The notes below the pieces were generated by a model, which was not told the DNA's origin, searched no databases, and worked only from the letters and a program-made list of their open reading frames with translations. From a candidate division FCPU426 bacterium (lineage in GTDB: Bacteria > Oederibacteriota > JAAXVQ01 > JAUVAV01), in assembly GCA_040756875.1 (NCBI GenBank), contig JBFLYH010000002.1:959078-1023077 (forward strand): a stretch of 64,000 bases of DNA. Reading direction: 5' to 3'. Every line of letters starts with the position of its first letter. The stretch's first letter is position 1. Positions 17,879 through 29,247 of the stretch are shown one piece after another. The position numbers and the translations under genes are program-made.

Positions 17879-18898
17879 ATGCACGGCCCTATGACCAACC
17901 CCCCATTTTCCCAAAGCGGCGGGTCCGCTCCGCCCTCGTTTTTGGCGGACCGCAACGCCCTGCCGGCGGAGGACGTGGAACACCTGATGAAGAAACTCAG
18001 CGCCCGCATCCGGCAGCTCCGGAGCGAGATCGAATCGCGGCAGGAGGAGAACGAACGTATCATCGCCGAAAACCTGAAGCAAAACGAGGAGTTGCGGCTG
18101 CTGAACCAGGGGCTGGATCAGGTCGTGCAGGAGCGGACCCGGGAACTGGAGGCCTCCAAGCACACACTGGAGACGCAGAACCAGGAGCTCCAGGAGCTGA
18201 GCGAAAGCAAAGAGGCCATGATGCACATGATCGTGCATGATTTGAAGAATCCCCTGACCACGGTGATGGGGGCGCTGACGCTCTCGTTGCATCCGCGCTT
18301 CGAATTGCCTGAAGACCTGCGGGGTCTGATGAAGGACGCCAATGTCCGCGCCATCCAGTTGCGCGCCATGATCGACGACATTCTGGTCATCAGCCAGATG
18401 CGGTCGCGCGAATTCCAGCCGCAAACCGCACCGACCGAGCTCAACAGCCTCATCCAGCAGAGCCTGCAGCTGATGAACGCCACTAAAAGCGTCAAACCCC
18501 TGCAGCTTATATTTCATCCGGCGTCCGACGATGTCATCGCGGCCATTGATTATCAAATGATCGAACGCGTGGTCAACAATCTTATCAACAACGCCATGAA
18601 GTATGCGCCGGCGGGAAGCGAAATCGTCCTCGATCTGGAACGTGCCGGTGCCTGGGCCAAAGTCAGCGTGGCCAACCAGGGCGAAGCCATCCCTCCCAAC
18701 TGCCACGGAAAAATATTCGAGCTGTTCGGCCGCGCCAAACCTCAGGACCGGTCCATTCAGGGCACGGGCCTGGGGCTGGCATTTTGCAAGCTGGCGGTTG
18801 AGGCCCACGGCGGCACGATCAGCGTTGAATCGCCGCTCCCGGGCTCTGAGCGCGGCGCACGCTTCACGCTCACCCTGCCCCTGGCGGTCCAGCCCTAG
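17879..18898 (+). CDS. Soluble histidine kinase (coiled coil + HisKA + HATPase)
   Basis: VHDLKNPL H-box, NLINNAMKY N-box, GTGLGL G2 box; no TM or recognisable sensor domain. Confidence 0.9.
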   Translation: MHGPMTNPPFSQSGGSAPPSFLADRNALPAEDVEHLMKKLSARIRQLRSEIESRQEENERIIAENLKQNEELRLLNQGLDQVVQERTRELEASKHTLETQNQELQELSESKEAMMHMIVHDLKNPLTTVMGALTLSLHPRFELPEDLRGLMKDANVRAIQLRAMIDDILVISQMRSREFQPQTAPTELNSLIQQSLQLMNATKSVKPLQLIFHPASDDVIAAIDYQMIERVVNNLINNAMKYAPAGSEIVLDLERAGAWAKVSVANQGEAIPPNCHGKIFELFGRAKPQDRSIQGTGLGLAFCKLAVEAHGGTISVESPLPGSERGARFTLTLPLAVQP

Positions 18899-18998
18899 CC
18901 CCTGTTTTGCCTCTTTCGCCAAGGTCCCGCAGCTTGCCGCGGGGAGGTTGTCCACTTTAGGGGCCTTTTCACCGGTTCCATGTTATATAATGATGCGC

Positions 18999-20447
18999 AT
19001 GCGACGCCTCCTCCCTCTGTTGCTGTTATTGCCCCTGGCGGGCTGCGCTCTGCTACCCACGCAGGAAGGACCGCCTCCGCGCGAAATAGCACGGCCGCCT
19101 CTCCCGAATTGCTCCCAGGCCATGGATGATCCCCAATACTGGAGCAACAAATACCTGTTCCAGGACCAAATGCTGCTGACGCCCGAACAAATTTCCGCTT
19201 TAAACCGGCAAAATTTCAACCGGGGGCTCCTCACCGACGTGTTTTCGGGGGAGTTGTGGCGGATGCCGGCGTGGGAGTCCGCCTGGGGCGAATTGAACCA
19301 GGCGGAAGACAGCAACGAAAATCCATCGCTTCCGGGCCGGGGTCTGCAAGGATATACCCTCTATACCTATTTAAAAGACGAAACCGAGCGCATCAAACGC
19401 AGGCCGCGCTGGGCCGAGGATGGCCAGCCGGTGCCGGATGAGCGTTTCGCAGAACTGGACCGCAACCTCAACTTGTACGGGCTGCGGGAGAACAATCCGG
19501 TGCGCTACGGGCTGACCCGGCGCCGGACCGACGTACGGTATTACCCCACGGACCAAGTCATTGCCGGCCAGCGCTGGGAAACGGATTTCGACATTGTGCA
19601 GGTGTCTTCCGTGCCGGCTTTCCAGCCGGTGGCGATTTTACATACCAGCCAGGACCAGGAATGGGTGTTCGCGGTCACGGCCTATTGCCGCGGCTGGATT
19701 AAGCGCTGCGACGTGGTGGAGGGCTGCGCACCCAGCGTCCTGCGCGCGTTCAGCCAGCCTTCGCAGTTCGTAGTGGTCACCGGTCATGCCGTGGAAGCGC
19801 TGGAAGCTCCGGGAAATACCGCAGTGGCCGAACGGCTTTACCTGGGGACCGTCTGTCCGCTGCTGGAGCGGACAGAGGCATACTACGTGCTTGCCTTGCC
19901 CGGAAGCGTGTCAGCCGGGCAGCCCAAAATCCGGAAAGCTTATTTGCCCCGGAGCGCGGACGTGAGCGAGTCGTTCCTGGCTTTCACGCCCCGCACGCTC
20001 TGGCAACTGGTCTTCAAACTGCTTCATCAGCCCTACAGCTGGGGCGGCAGGGGCGAATACCGGGATTGTTCCCAGTTGATCATGGACGTGTTCGCGGCCA
20101 TGGGCCTTAATCTGCCGCGCAATTCCTCAGCGCAATCCCTGGTGGGCGTGCAGCGGCTGTCAATGCCGGCCGGCCTGTCGGCCGAAGAACGCAGCCGGCA
20201 GCTGGACCGCCTGAACCAGCCGGCGCTGTTGCAGTTTCCCGGACACATCATGCTGTATCTGGGCCGGGACAATGGCCGTCATTATGTCATCCACGACATT
20301 TGGTCTTTCCGGCGCGGGCAGGTCTCAGGCAAAGACCGCAAGGTCATTATCGGCCAGGTGGTGGTTTCGGACCTGTCCCTGGGCGAGGGCAGCAGCAAAG
20401 GGTCACTCCTGGAGCGGATCACGACCGTTAACCTGCTGCAGCCGTAA
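18999..20447 (+). CDS. NlpC/P60 cell-wall peptidase lipoprotein with SH3-like domains
   Basis: Lipobox LAGC; PYSWGG..DCS, HIMLY and IH catalytic motifs. Confidence 0.88.
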   Translation: MRRLLPLLLLLPLAGCALLPTQEGPPPREIARPPLPNCSQAMDDPQYWSNKYLFQDQMLLTPEQISALNRQNFNRGLLTDVFSGELWRMPAWESAWGELNQAEDSNENPSLPGRGLQGYTLYTYLKDETERIKRRPRWAEDGQPVPDERFAELDRNLNLYGLRENNPVRYGLTRRRTDVRYYPTDQVIAGQRWETDFDIVQVSSVPAFQPVAILHTSQDQEWVFAVTAYCRGWIKRCDVVEGCAPSVLRAFSQPSQFVVVTGHAVEALEAPGNTAVAERLYLGTVCPLLERTEAYYVLALPGSVSAGQPKIRKAYLPRSADVSESFLAFTPRTLWQLVFKLLHQPYSWGGRGEYRDCSQLIMDVFAAMGLNLPRNSSAQSLVGVQRLSMPAGLSAEERSRQLDRLNQPALLQFPGHIMLYLGRDNGRHYVIHDIWSFRRGQVSGKDRKVIIGQVVVSDLSLGEGSSKGSLLERITTVNLLQP

Positions 20448-20574
20448 CCTGAATACTACATTATATATAGCAGGGGGCCGCTGAGCGGTTTCCGGTCCGG
20501 ATTAATACCGCGGGGTTGAAACTTTTACCGCCTATAGGGGTCTATGACATTGTTGTTAGGCAACCCATCCGGGA

Positions 20575-20603
20575 TTGACAAATTCTTTTTTTTTACATAA
20601 AGT
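20575..20603 (+). promoter_or_regulatory. Putative sigma70 promoter of the moxR-bat operon
   Basis: TTGACA-17 nt-TAAAGT; T9 tract in the spacer. Confidence 0.6.
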
Positions 20604-20702
20604 GAGCAAAAATCGCCTGAATTCCGCAAGTCTTCCCAAGGGACATCCCCGGCAGCATACGCCAGGATTCACGCCCCCGCGAAGGGGGACCAGGAGGCTG
20701 TT

Positions 20703-21692
20703 ATGGACAAAGACATCCGTGCATTGACCGAAAAAGTCAAAAAGGAGAGCGTGCTTACCGAAACCATCCGCCAGGAGGTGGGCCGCGTCATCGTCGGCCA
20801 GAGCCAGCTGGTGGACGGCCTGCTCATCGGCCTTTTGGCCGACGGGCATGTGCTGCTGGAAGGCGTGCCCGGCCTGGCCAAGACCCTGACCATCCGCACC
20901 CTGGCCCAGTGCCTGGACGCCCACTTCCAGCGGCTGCAATTCACGCCGGACCTCCTGCCCGCGGACCTGATCGGGACCATGATCTACAATCCGCGCGGCG
21001 AGGGCTTTACGGTCAAAAAGGGGCCGGTCTTCGCCAATCTTATCCTGGCCGACGAAATCAACCGCGCCCCTGCCAAGGTTCAAAGCGCCCTGCTCGAAGC
21101 CATGCAGGAGCGCCAGGTCACGATCAGCGACAAGACCTACCCGCTGGAGCAGCCGTTCCTGGTCATGGCCACCCAGAACCCGATCGAGCAGCAGGGAACC
21201 TACCCCCTGCCCGAAGCCCAGGTGGACCGCTTCCTGTTGAAAATCAAAATCGGCTATCCCAGCCGCGAGGAAGAAAAGGAAATCCTGCGCCGCATGACCG
21301 GCGGCGAGCCGCCGCAGGTGCGGCAAACCGTCAGCGTCAAGGATCTGCTCAAGGCGCGCAAACTGGTTGAGCAGATTTACGTGGACGAGAAGATGCAGAA
21401 TTACATCGTGGACCTGGTGTTCGCCACGCGCGAGCCCGAGGCCGCGGGCTTGAAGGAGCTCAAGCCCCTGATCGCCTATGGCGCTTCGCCGCGCGCCACG
21501 CTCGGCTTGACCACGGCGGCCAAGGCCCTGGCCTTCCTGTCCGGCCGCGGGTTCATCACCCCCGAGGACGTGAAGACCGTGGGGCCGGACGTGCTTCGGC
21601 ACCGCATCATCGTCACCTATGAGGCCGAGGCCGAGCAGATTACCTCCGAAAACGTGGTGCAGTCCGTGTTTGACGGAGTCGAAGTTCCATAG
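20703..21692 (+). CDS. moxR: MoxR-family AAA+ ATPase
   Basis: LLEGVPGLAKT, FTPDLLPAD, DEINRAPAKVQSALLEAM, ATQNPIE. Confidence 0.95.
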   Translation: MDKDIRALTEKVKKESVLTETIRQEVGRVIVGQSQLVDGLLIGLLADGHVLLEGVPGLAKTLTIRTLAQCLDAHFQRLQFTPDLLPADLIGTMIYNPRGEGFTVKKGPVFANLILADEINRAPAKVQSALLEAMQERQVTISDKTYPLEQPFLVMATQNPIEQQGTYPLPEAQVDRFLLKIKIGYPSREEEKEILRRMTGGEPPQVRQTVSVKDLLKARKLVEQIYVDEKMQNYIVDLVFATREPEAAGLKELKPLIAYGASPRATLGLTTAAKALAFLSGRGFITPEDVKTVGPDVLRHRIIVTYEAEAEQITSENVVQSVFDGVEVP

Positions 21693-21709
21693 CAGCGATC
21701 AGTGGAATG

Positions 21710-21737
21710 GCAGGGGCGTTCAAGTGAACGACCCTAC
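21710..21737. repeat. Degenerate REP-like palindrome
   Basis: GCAGGGGCGTTCAAGTGAACGACCCTAC; related to 9967-9994. Confidence 0.65.
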
Positions 21738-21769
21738 GCAATAATCCGAAAAGGTAAAAAGACAATACC

Positions 21770-22648
21770 ATGCTGCCTGCAGAGATCATCGCCAAAATCC
21801 GCCGCCTGGAGATCCGCACCGGCCGGCTGGTGAACGAAATATTCGCCGGCCAGTACGAGAGCGTGTTCAAGGGGCGGGGCATGGAATTCGACGAAGTCCG
21901 GGAGTACCTGCCGGGCGACGACATCCGCTCCATCGACTGGAACGTCACCGCGCGCACCGGCCACCCCTACATCAAGAAGTACGTCGAAGAGCGCGAGCTG
22001 AACATCATGCTCCTGGTCGACTTGTCGGCCTCGCAGCGCTTCGGAACCCGCGGCCGCGCCAAATCCGACCTGACCGCGGAGCTGGCCGGCGTGCTGGCCT
22101 ACGCGGCCCTGAAAAACAACGACCGGGTCGGCGCGGTCCTGTTCGGCAGCCGGGTGGAGAAATTCATCCCGCCGGCCAAGGGCGCCACCCAGCTTTCCCG
22201 CATCCTGCGCGACATCCTCTACACCGAACCCGGGCAGCCGGGAACGGACTTCAATCCCGCCCTGGAATACCTCAACGAAATCATGAAGCGCAAGAGCATC
22301 GTGTTCCTCCTGTCGGATTTCCACGCGCCGGACCATGGCCGCGCCCTGGGCGCGACCAACCGCCGCCACGACGTGATCGCCGTGGAGATCCGCGATCCCG
22401 GCGAGGCTGCCCTGCCCGCGGTGCCTTACCTTGCCCTGCAGGATCTGGAGCAGGGCACGAGCCGCCTGGTGCCCGCCGGTTCGGCCGCTTTCCGGCGCGC
22501 CTACGAGGAACACCGGCGGCTGCAGGATGAAGCCCGGCGTTCCACCTGGAAGCGCCTGGGCGTGGACCACATCGAGGTGAGGACCGACCGCTCCTATGTG
22601 GAGCCCTTGATCAACTTTTTCCGTATGCGCGCCCGGCGGTTCCACTGA
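21770..22648 (+). CDS. DUF58 (VWA-like) protein
   Basis: GMEFDEVREYLPGDDIRSIDWNVTAR, DLSASQ, LSDF. Confidence 0.92.
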   Translation: MLPAEIIAKIRRLEIRTGRLVNEIFAGQYESVFKGRGMEFDEVREYLPGDDIRSIDWNVTARTGHPYIKKYVEERELNIMLLVDLSASQRFGTRGRAKSDLTAELAGVLAYAALKNNDRVGAVLFGSRVEKFIPPAKGATQLSRILRDILYTEPGQPGTDFNPALEYLNEIMKRKSIVFLLSDFHAPDHGRALGATNRRHDVIAVEIRDPGEAALPAVPYLALQDLEQGTSRLVPAGSAAFRRAYEEHRRLQDEARRSTWKRLGVDHIEVRTDRSYVEPLINFFRMRARRFH

Positions 22649-22670
22649 GCCGGCGCGAAGGCAAGGACCA

Positions 22671-23678
22671 ATGACGCGAGCCGCCGTTTTTCACATTTGC
22701 CTTCTGGGCCTGGCGCTGGCTTTCAGCCGGCCGGGGCTGGCTTTGGACGTTCGTTTCGGCGATCCGGCGGGCACCACGCCCGCGGCCAGCAGCGCCCTGC
22801 TGCCGCCGCTGACCTGCAAACTGCAGACACTGACGCCCAAACCGCGCCAGGGAGAGCCGGTTCAATTCAGCCTCACTTTGCAGCTCCAGCCCGGCGTGGT
22901 GGCGGACTCGGGCACGACCCTGACCAGCCTGGGCGAGTGGGAAGTGCTGGGCGTGGAGCGCGGGCCGGCGCAGGACCAGGAAGAAAAGCGCGTGCGCCAG
23001 GACCGGCTGACCCTGGTCACCTTTGCCAGCGGCAAAGTGGAAGTTCCGGCCTGGATCCAGACCTTCCGGCTGGCCGACGGCCAGCCCGGCGAATTCCGGA
23101 CCGCGCCCTTGACCGTGAACGTGGAGCCCGTGCCGCACCACTCCGGAGACCGGCCGGGTGAAATCCGCGGCTTGAAGCCGCAGCGCGGCCTGTTTGTCGC
23201 CTGGCCGTGGCTGTTGGCCGCCGCGCTCGCCTCGCTGGCCGTGGCGGCCGGATGGTGGTGGAGCCAGCGGCAAAAACCCGGCGCGCTGCCGTTCGCTGCG
23301 CCCAGCCGTCCGCCGGCCGAAGTCGCGCGGGAGCAGTTGGAGCGTCTGCGGCAGGCGGATTGGCCCGGCCAGGGTAACTTTAAAGCTTACTACGTCGAAT
23401 TGTCGGCCATCTTGCGCTTGTATGTGGAAGGATGCTTTCAAGTGCCGGCGCTCGATCAAACCACGCCCGAGCTGCTCAAGGCTCTGAAACACGCGCGCGC
23501 CAAACTGCCGGACATCAATGCCAGCCGCGAGGTGTTGAACCGCAGCGACCTTGTGAAATTCGCCAAGTGGCTGCCCACGGCCGCCGAAGCCCAGGCGGAC
23601 TGGCAGGCGGTCTGGGATATGGTTGAGCGCACGGAACCCAAGCCCGAGCCGGCGGAGGAACCCCATGCAGCTGGCTAA
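22671..23678 (+). CDS. Bat-operon accessory membrane protein (BatD-like N-terminus, one TM)
   Basis: Signal peptide, TM, YYVELS.ILR.Y and SDLVKFAK; between DUF58 and batA. Confidence 0.75.
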   Translation: MTRAAVFHICLLGLALAFSRPGLALDVRFGDPAGTTPAASSALLPPLTCKLQTLTPKPRQGEPVQFSLTLQLQPGVVADSGTTLTSLGEWEVLGVERGPAQDQEEKRVRQDRLTLVTFASGKVEVPAWIQTFRLADGQPGEFRTAPLTVNVEPVPHHSGDRPGEIRGLKPQRGLFVAWPWLLAAALASLAVAAGWWWSQRQKPGALPFAAPSRPPAEVAREQLERLRQADWPGQGNFKAYYVELSAILRLYVEGCFQVPALDQTTPELLKALKHARAKLPDINASREVLNRSDLVKFAKWLPTAAEAQADWQAVWDMVERTEPKPEPAEEPHAAG

Positions 23679-24654
23679 TCCGTGGTGGCTGCTCCTGCTT
23701 CTGCCCGTGGCCGGACTAGCCTGGCTGCTGTGGCTGCGCAGCCGGCGGCCCGAGGGCTTCAAGTACGCGGAGCTGTCCTCCTGGCGAAAACTGGGCCCAG
23801 CGCAGGCCTTCGGCCCCGATGAGGCGATCTTCGCGCTTTTTATTCTCGGTTTGTGCCTGCTGGTCATGGCCCTGGCCAGGCCCCAAGCCGGCGTGAAAAC
23901 CGAGGAAGTCACGGGCCGGGGCGTGGACATCATGCTTTGCCTGGACACCTCGGGCTCCATGCGGGCCGTGGATTTCCAGCCGCAGAACCGGCTGGGTGCG
24001 GCCAAGGAAACGGCCATCCAGTTCATCCAGGCCCGGCCGCGCGACCGCCTGGGTCTGGTGGTGTTCGGCGGCGCAGCCCAGACTGTCTGCCCGCTGACCG
24101 CGGACAAAAAGGCGCTGCTGGATTTCATGCGGCAGGTGCGGATCGACATGACCGGCGTGGACGGCACGGCGCTCGGATCGGCCGTGGCCCTGGCTGCGGA
24201 CCGGCTGCGTTCCTCGAAAGCGGCCAGCAAGGTGATATTGCTTTTGACCGACGGCCGCAACAACACAGGGTCGGTTTCGCCGCTGACTGCAGCTAAAGCC
24301 GCGGCTGCGCTGGGGATCAAGATTTATGCGGTCGGCGCCGGGTCGCCCGGCGGCGGGCTGATTCCGGTCCAGGACCCGGTTTTCGGCACGCGCTACGCCC
24401 GCATGGAGCAGGACTTGGATGAGGACACATTGCGCGCCCTGGCCGCGGAAACCGGAGGCAGTTATTTCCGGGCCAAGGACAGCGAGGGACTCAAACGGAT
24501 TTTCGAGCGCATCAATCACATGGAAAAAAGCGATTACCAGATCAAGGCCTTCACCCATTACCGGGACTTGTATTTCAACTGGCTGGCCGCTGGCTGGTTG
24601 CTGCTGGCCGCGGCCCTGGGTCTGCGTTACGCGGTTTTCAGGCGGTTGCCGTAG
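23665..24654 (+). CDS. batA: VWA-domain protein BatA
   Basis: ANPWWLLLL, ALARPQ, MIDAS DTSGSM, LLTDGRNN. Confidence 0.88.
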   Translation: MQLANPWWLLLLLPVAGLAWLLWLRSRRPEGFKYAELSSWRKLGPAQAFGPDEAIFALFILGLCLLVMALARPQAGVKTEEVTGRGVDIMLCLDTSGSMRAVDFQPQNRLGAAKETAIQFIQARPRDRLGLVVFGGAAQTVCPLTADKKALLDFMRQVRIDMTGVDGTALGSAVALAADRLRSSKAASKVILLLTDGRNNTGSVSPLTAAKAAAALGIKIYAVGAGSPGGGLIPVQDPVFGTRYARMEQDLDEDTLRALAAETGGSYFRAKDSEGLKRIFERINHMEKSDYQIKAFTHYRDLYFNWLAAGWLLLAAALGLRYAVFRRLP

Positions 24655-24660
24655 AGAAGG

Positions 24661-24779
24661 GGGGATGGCGGCCTTTCACCCGCGGGACGGCGGCCATTGG
24701 GTAGGCCGCCTCGGCTTGCGAAAAACGATGCCTACCAGTGTTTTTCGCAAACGCCCGCTGGCGAAAGGCCGCCATCCCC
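24661..24779. repeat. 119-bp structured intergenic element, copy 1
   Basis: 17-bp perfect terminal inverted repeat GGGGATGGCGGCCTTTC enclosing two hairpins; core shared with 46118-46234. Confidence 0.8.
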
Positions 24780-24813
24780 ATGAAGATAAGTTGTAAAACA
24801 CACTAAGGGATTG

Positions 24814-26604
<1,791 letters not shown>

Positions 26605-26617
26605 GCAAGAGGACAGC

Positions 26618-28498
26618 ATGAGAAGAGGGATAGCCAGACTGGGGTTGGCGGCAGTGGTTTTGGCCCTGCCGCATGCCGCCCTGGCCCAGGACATTACCAT
26701 TCAGGCGGATGTGAATCCCAAGCAGGCGGCGGTCGGTCAGCCGCTGCGCTTGGTGGTCTCCATTTCAGGCCAAGCCAACCTGCAGGGAGGGCCCCAGCTG
26801 CCGGATCTTTCGGATTTTCAGGTCTACAACGGCGGGCAGTCCACCAATTTTTCCTGGGTCAATGGCCAGGTGTCTTCTTCCCTGAATTATACCTATGTGC
26901 TGGTTCCAAAACACTCCGGCCAGTTCACCATCGGTCCGGTGCAAATTACGCATGCAGGCCAGACCTATGCCACCCAGCCCATGACTGTGAGCGTGGGAGC
27001 GGCAGCCAGTGCGCCGCCTGCGGCCAGCGCACCCCCGGCCGGCGCGCCGCAGGCGGCCAATGCGCCCCAGGCCAGCGCGCCGCCCATCCAGACCGAGCGC
27101 AACCGCGGCGCGGCCTTCGTGACCACCAGCGTGGACCGCAAGCACGTTTATGTCAACGAGCCGGTGATCCTTTCCTTCCGCTTCTACACCCGCGTGCCGA
27201 TTTTATCGCAGCCCCAATACCAGCCGGCGGATACCAACGGCTTCTGGGCCGAGGACCTTCCGCCCCAGCGCCAATACACTCAGATCGTCAATGGCAACGA
27301 CTACCGGGTCATTGAAATCCGCACCTTGCTGTTTCCGACCACAGCCGGGTCTCTGACCATCGGCCCGGCCAAATTGATCGTACAGATGGAAAACTTTCAG
27401 CGCCGCATGGCCGATCCCTTTGCCGATGATTTTTTCCGCAACTTTTTCTCCCGCGGACAGACCGCGGAACTGCAATCCGAGCCGATTACCGTTCAGGTCA
27501 AATCCATCCCCCAGGAGGGGCGGCCGTCCAATTTTACGGGTGCGGTCGGGAAGTGGTCCCTGTCCGCCAAACTGGACCGCAGGGAAGCCAAAGTCAACGA
27601 CGCCGTGACCCTGGAGGTGCGCATTTTCGGAGAAGGCAACGTCAAGTCCGTGGGCAAGCTCGAGCTCCCGCCCCTGACCGGATTCAAGGTGTACGAAACC
27701 ATTTCATCCTCGGAGGTGCAGAAACAGGGAGACCAGGTGCGCGGCGTCAAGATCTACCGAACCCTGCTGCGGCCTGAAGTCACGGGCGTGCTCGCGATCC
27801 CTGAACTCGCCTACAGCTATTTCGATCCCCAGTCCGGCACGTTCGAGCAAATCCGGGTGCCGAGCCTGAGCCTCAAGGTGCTGCCCGGCGAGCCGGCGGC
27901 GGCCGGGCAGGCCGCAGCCGTGTTCGCGCCCGGCGCGTCGGCTGCGCCGGCGGAAGGCGTGAAGCTGATGGCGCAGGACATCCGTTATCTGAAAACCAGC
28001 CTGCCGCTCGCGCCCCGGGCCCAGCCCCTGGCCGGGTGGTTCTGGCTGCTTGGCTTCGGGCTTCCGCCCCTGATGCTGGCCGGCTTATGGAGCTGGCATC
28101 GCTGGCAGGACCGGCTGGCGGCTGATCCCCGGTTTGCGCGGCGCCTGAGCGCCGACAAAAGCGCGCGCCAGGCCCTGCGCCAGGCGCATCGCTCGCGCCA
28201 GCGCCGCGACGCCAAGACGTTCTATGCGCAGCTTATTCAGGCGGTCAACGGGTATTTGGCCGACCATCTCGGCCTCTCCCGCGCGGGCGTCACGCAGCGC
28301 GAATTGCTGCAGCTCCTGCGCCAGCGCCGGGCCCAGGAAGCGCTTCTGTCCGGACTGACCCGTTTGTGGGAGGAATGCGATTACGCCCGCTTTGCACCCG
28401 GCGCCTCTGACCCTGCCGCCATGGAAGCGCACGAGCGCCAGGCCGAATCCCTGCTGGCACAATTGGGACGGATTCTTTCCCGGGAGACAAAAGCATGA
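26618..28498 (+). CDS. batD: BatD-family protein
   Basis: Signal peptide, repeated beta-sandwich modules, FTGAVG, C-terminal TM then CDYARFAP. Confidence 0.85.
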   Translation: MRRGIARLGLAAVVLALPHAALAQDITIQADVNPKQAAVGQPLRLVVSISGQANLQGGPQLPDLSDFQVYNGGQSTNFSWVNGQVSSSLNYTYVLVPKHSGQFTIGPVQITHAGQTYATQPMTVSVGAAASAPPAASAPPAGAPQAANAPQASAPPIQTERNRGAAFVTTSVDRKHVYVNEPVILSFRFYTRVPILSQPQYQPADTNGFWAEDLPPQRQYTQIVNGNDYRVIEIRTLLFPTTAGSLTIGPAKLIVQMENFQRRMADPFADDFFRNFFSRGQTAELQSEPITVQVKSIPQEGRPSNFTGAVGKWSLSAKLDRREAKVNDAVTLEVRIFGEGNVKSVGKLELPPLTGFKVYETISSSEVQKQGDQVRGVKIYRTLLRPEVTGVLAIPELAYSYFDPQSGTFEQIRVPSLSLKVLPGEPAAAGQAAAVFAPGASAAPAEGVKLMAQDIRYLKTSLPLAPRAQPLAGWFWLLGFGLPPLMLAGLWSWHRWQDRLAADPRFARRLSADKSARQALRQAHRSRQRRDAKTFYAQLIQAVNGYLADHLGLSRAGVTQRELLQLLRQRRAQEALLSGLTRLWEECDYARFAPGASDPAAMEAHERQAESLLAQLGRILSRETKA

Positions 28499-29247
28499 AA
28501 CCCAGCGCCCTGATCTGTTTGTTGTGGCTGGCGCCGGGCCTGGTTTGGGCCGCGGCTGCGACCGATCCCGCGGCCGCAGCGCGCGCGGCTTATGACGCCG
28601 GCAATTACGTTCAGGCGGCGGAAGAATACCGGGCGCTGGAAGGGCGTGGTTTCGGGAGTGCGGCCCTGTATTACGACTGGGGCAACGCCGAATACAAGGC
28701 CGGGCATCTGGGCCGCGCCATTGCCCTTTACCGCCGGGCCGAGAAGCTTGGGCCGTGGGACGAGGATGTGCGCTTCAATCTGGATTACGCCCGCAAGCAG
28801 GTCAAGCGGCCCGAGGATCCCAACGGCCCGCTCACCCGCTGGTTGTTGTCCGTTTACCGGAGTCTGCCCGGCCCGACCCTGCTGGCCGCAGCCTGGGCCA
28901 TCTACCTGCTGTTGTCGGCCCTGGCGGCGGTCTTGATCGTGCGCCGCGGCCAGGGCGCGCTCTGGCGCTGGCTGGCCCTGGCTGCCACTGGTTTATTCCT
29001 GATCGCCGCCGGCTGGGCCTCCCTGCGGCTGCTCGATGAGAAACAGGCTGCCATTGGGGTGATTGTCACCAACCAGGCCGAGGCCCGCAACGGCCCGGCC
29101 GCGGACTTCGACGTGGGCTTCAAGATTCCCGAAGGCCGTGAAGTGCGCGTCTTGGGGCACGAGGCCGGCTGGGTGGCCGTGGGCCTGGCGCCCGAGGGGT
29201 ATAAGGGCTGGGTCAAATCCGAAGATATTTGGGAAGACGGGGAATGA
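28495..29247 (+). CDS. batE: BatE-family TPR/SH3 protein
   Basis: TPR (GNAEYKAG.LGRAI..YRRA), two TMs, C-terminal SH3-like KGWV. Confidence 0.82.
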   Translation: MKPSALICLLWLAPGLVWAAAATDPAAAARAAYDAGNYVQAAEEYRALEGRGFGSAALYYDWGNAEYKAGHLGRAIALYRRAEKLGPWDEDVRFNLDYARKQVKRPEDPNGPLTRWLLSVYRSLPGPTLLAAAWAIYLLLSALAAVLIVRRGQGALWRWLALAATGLFLIAAGWASLRLLDEKQAAIGVIVTNQAEARNGPAADFDVGFKIPEGREVRVLGHEAGWVAVGLAPEGYKGWVKSEDIWEDGE

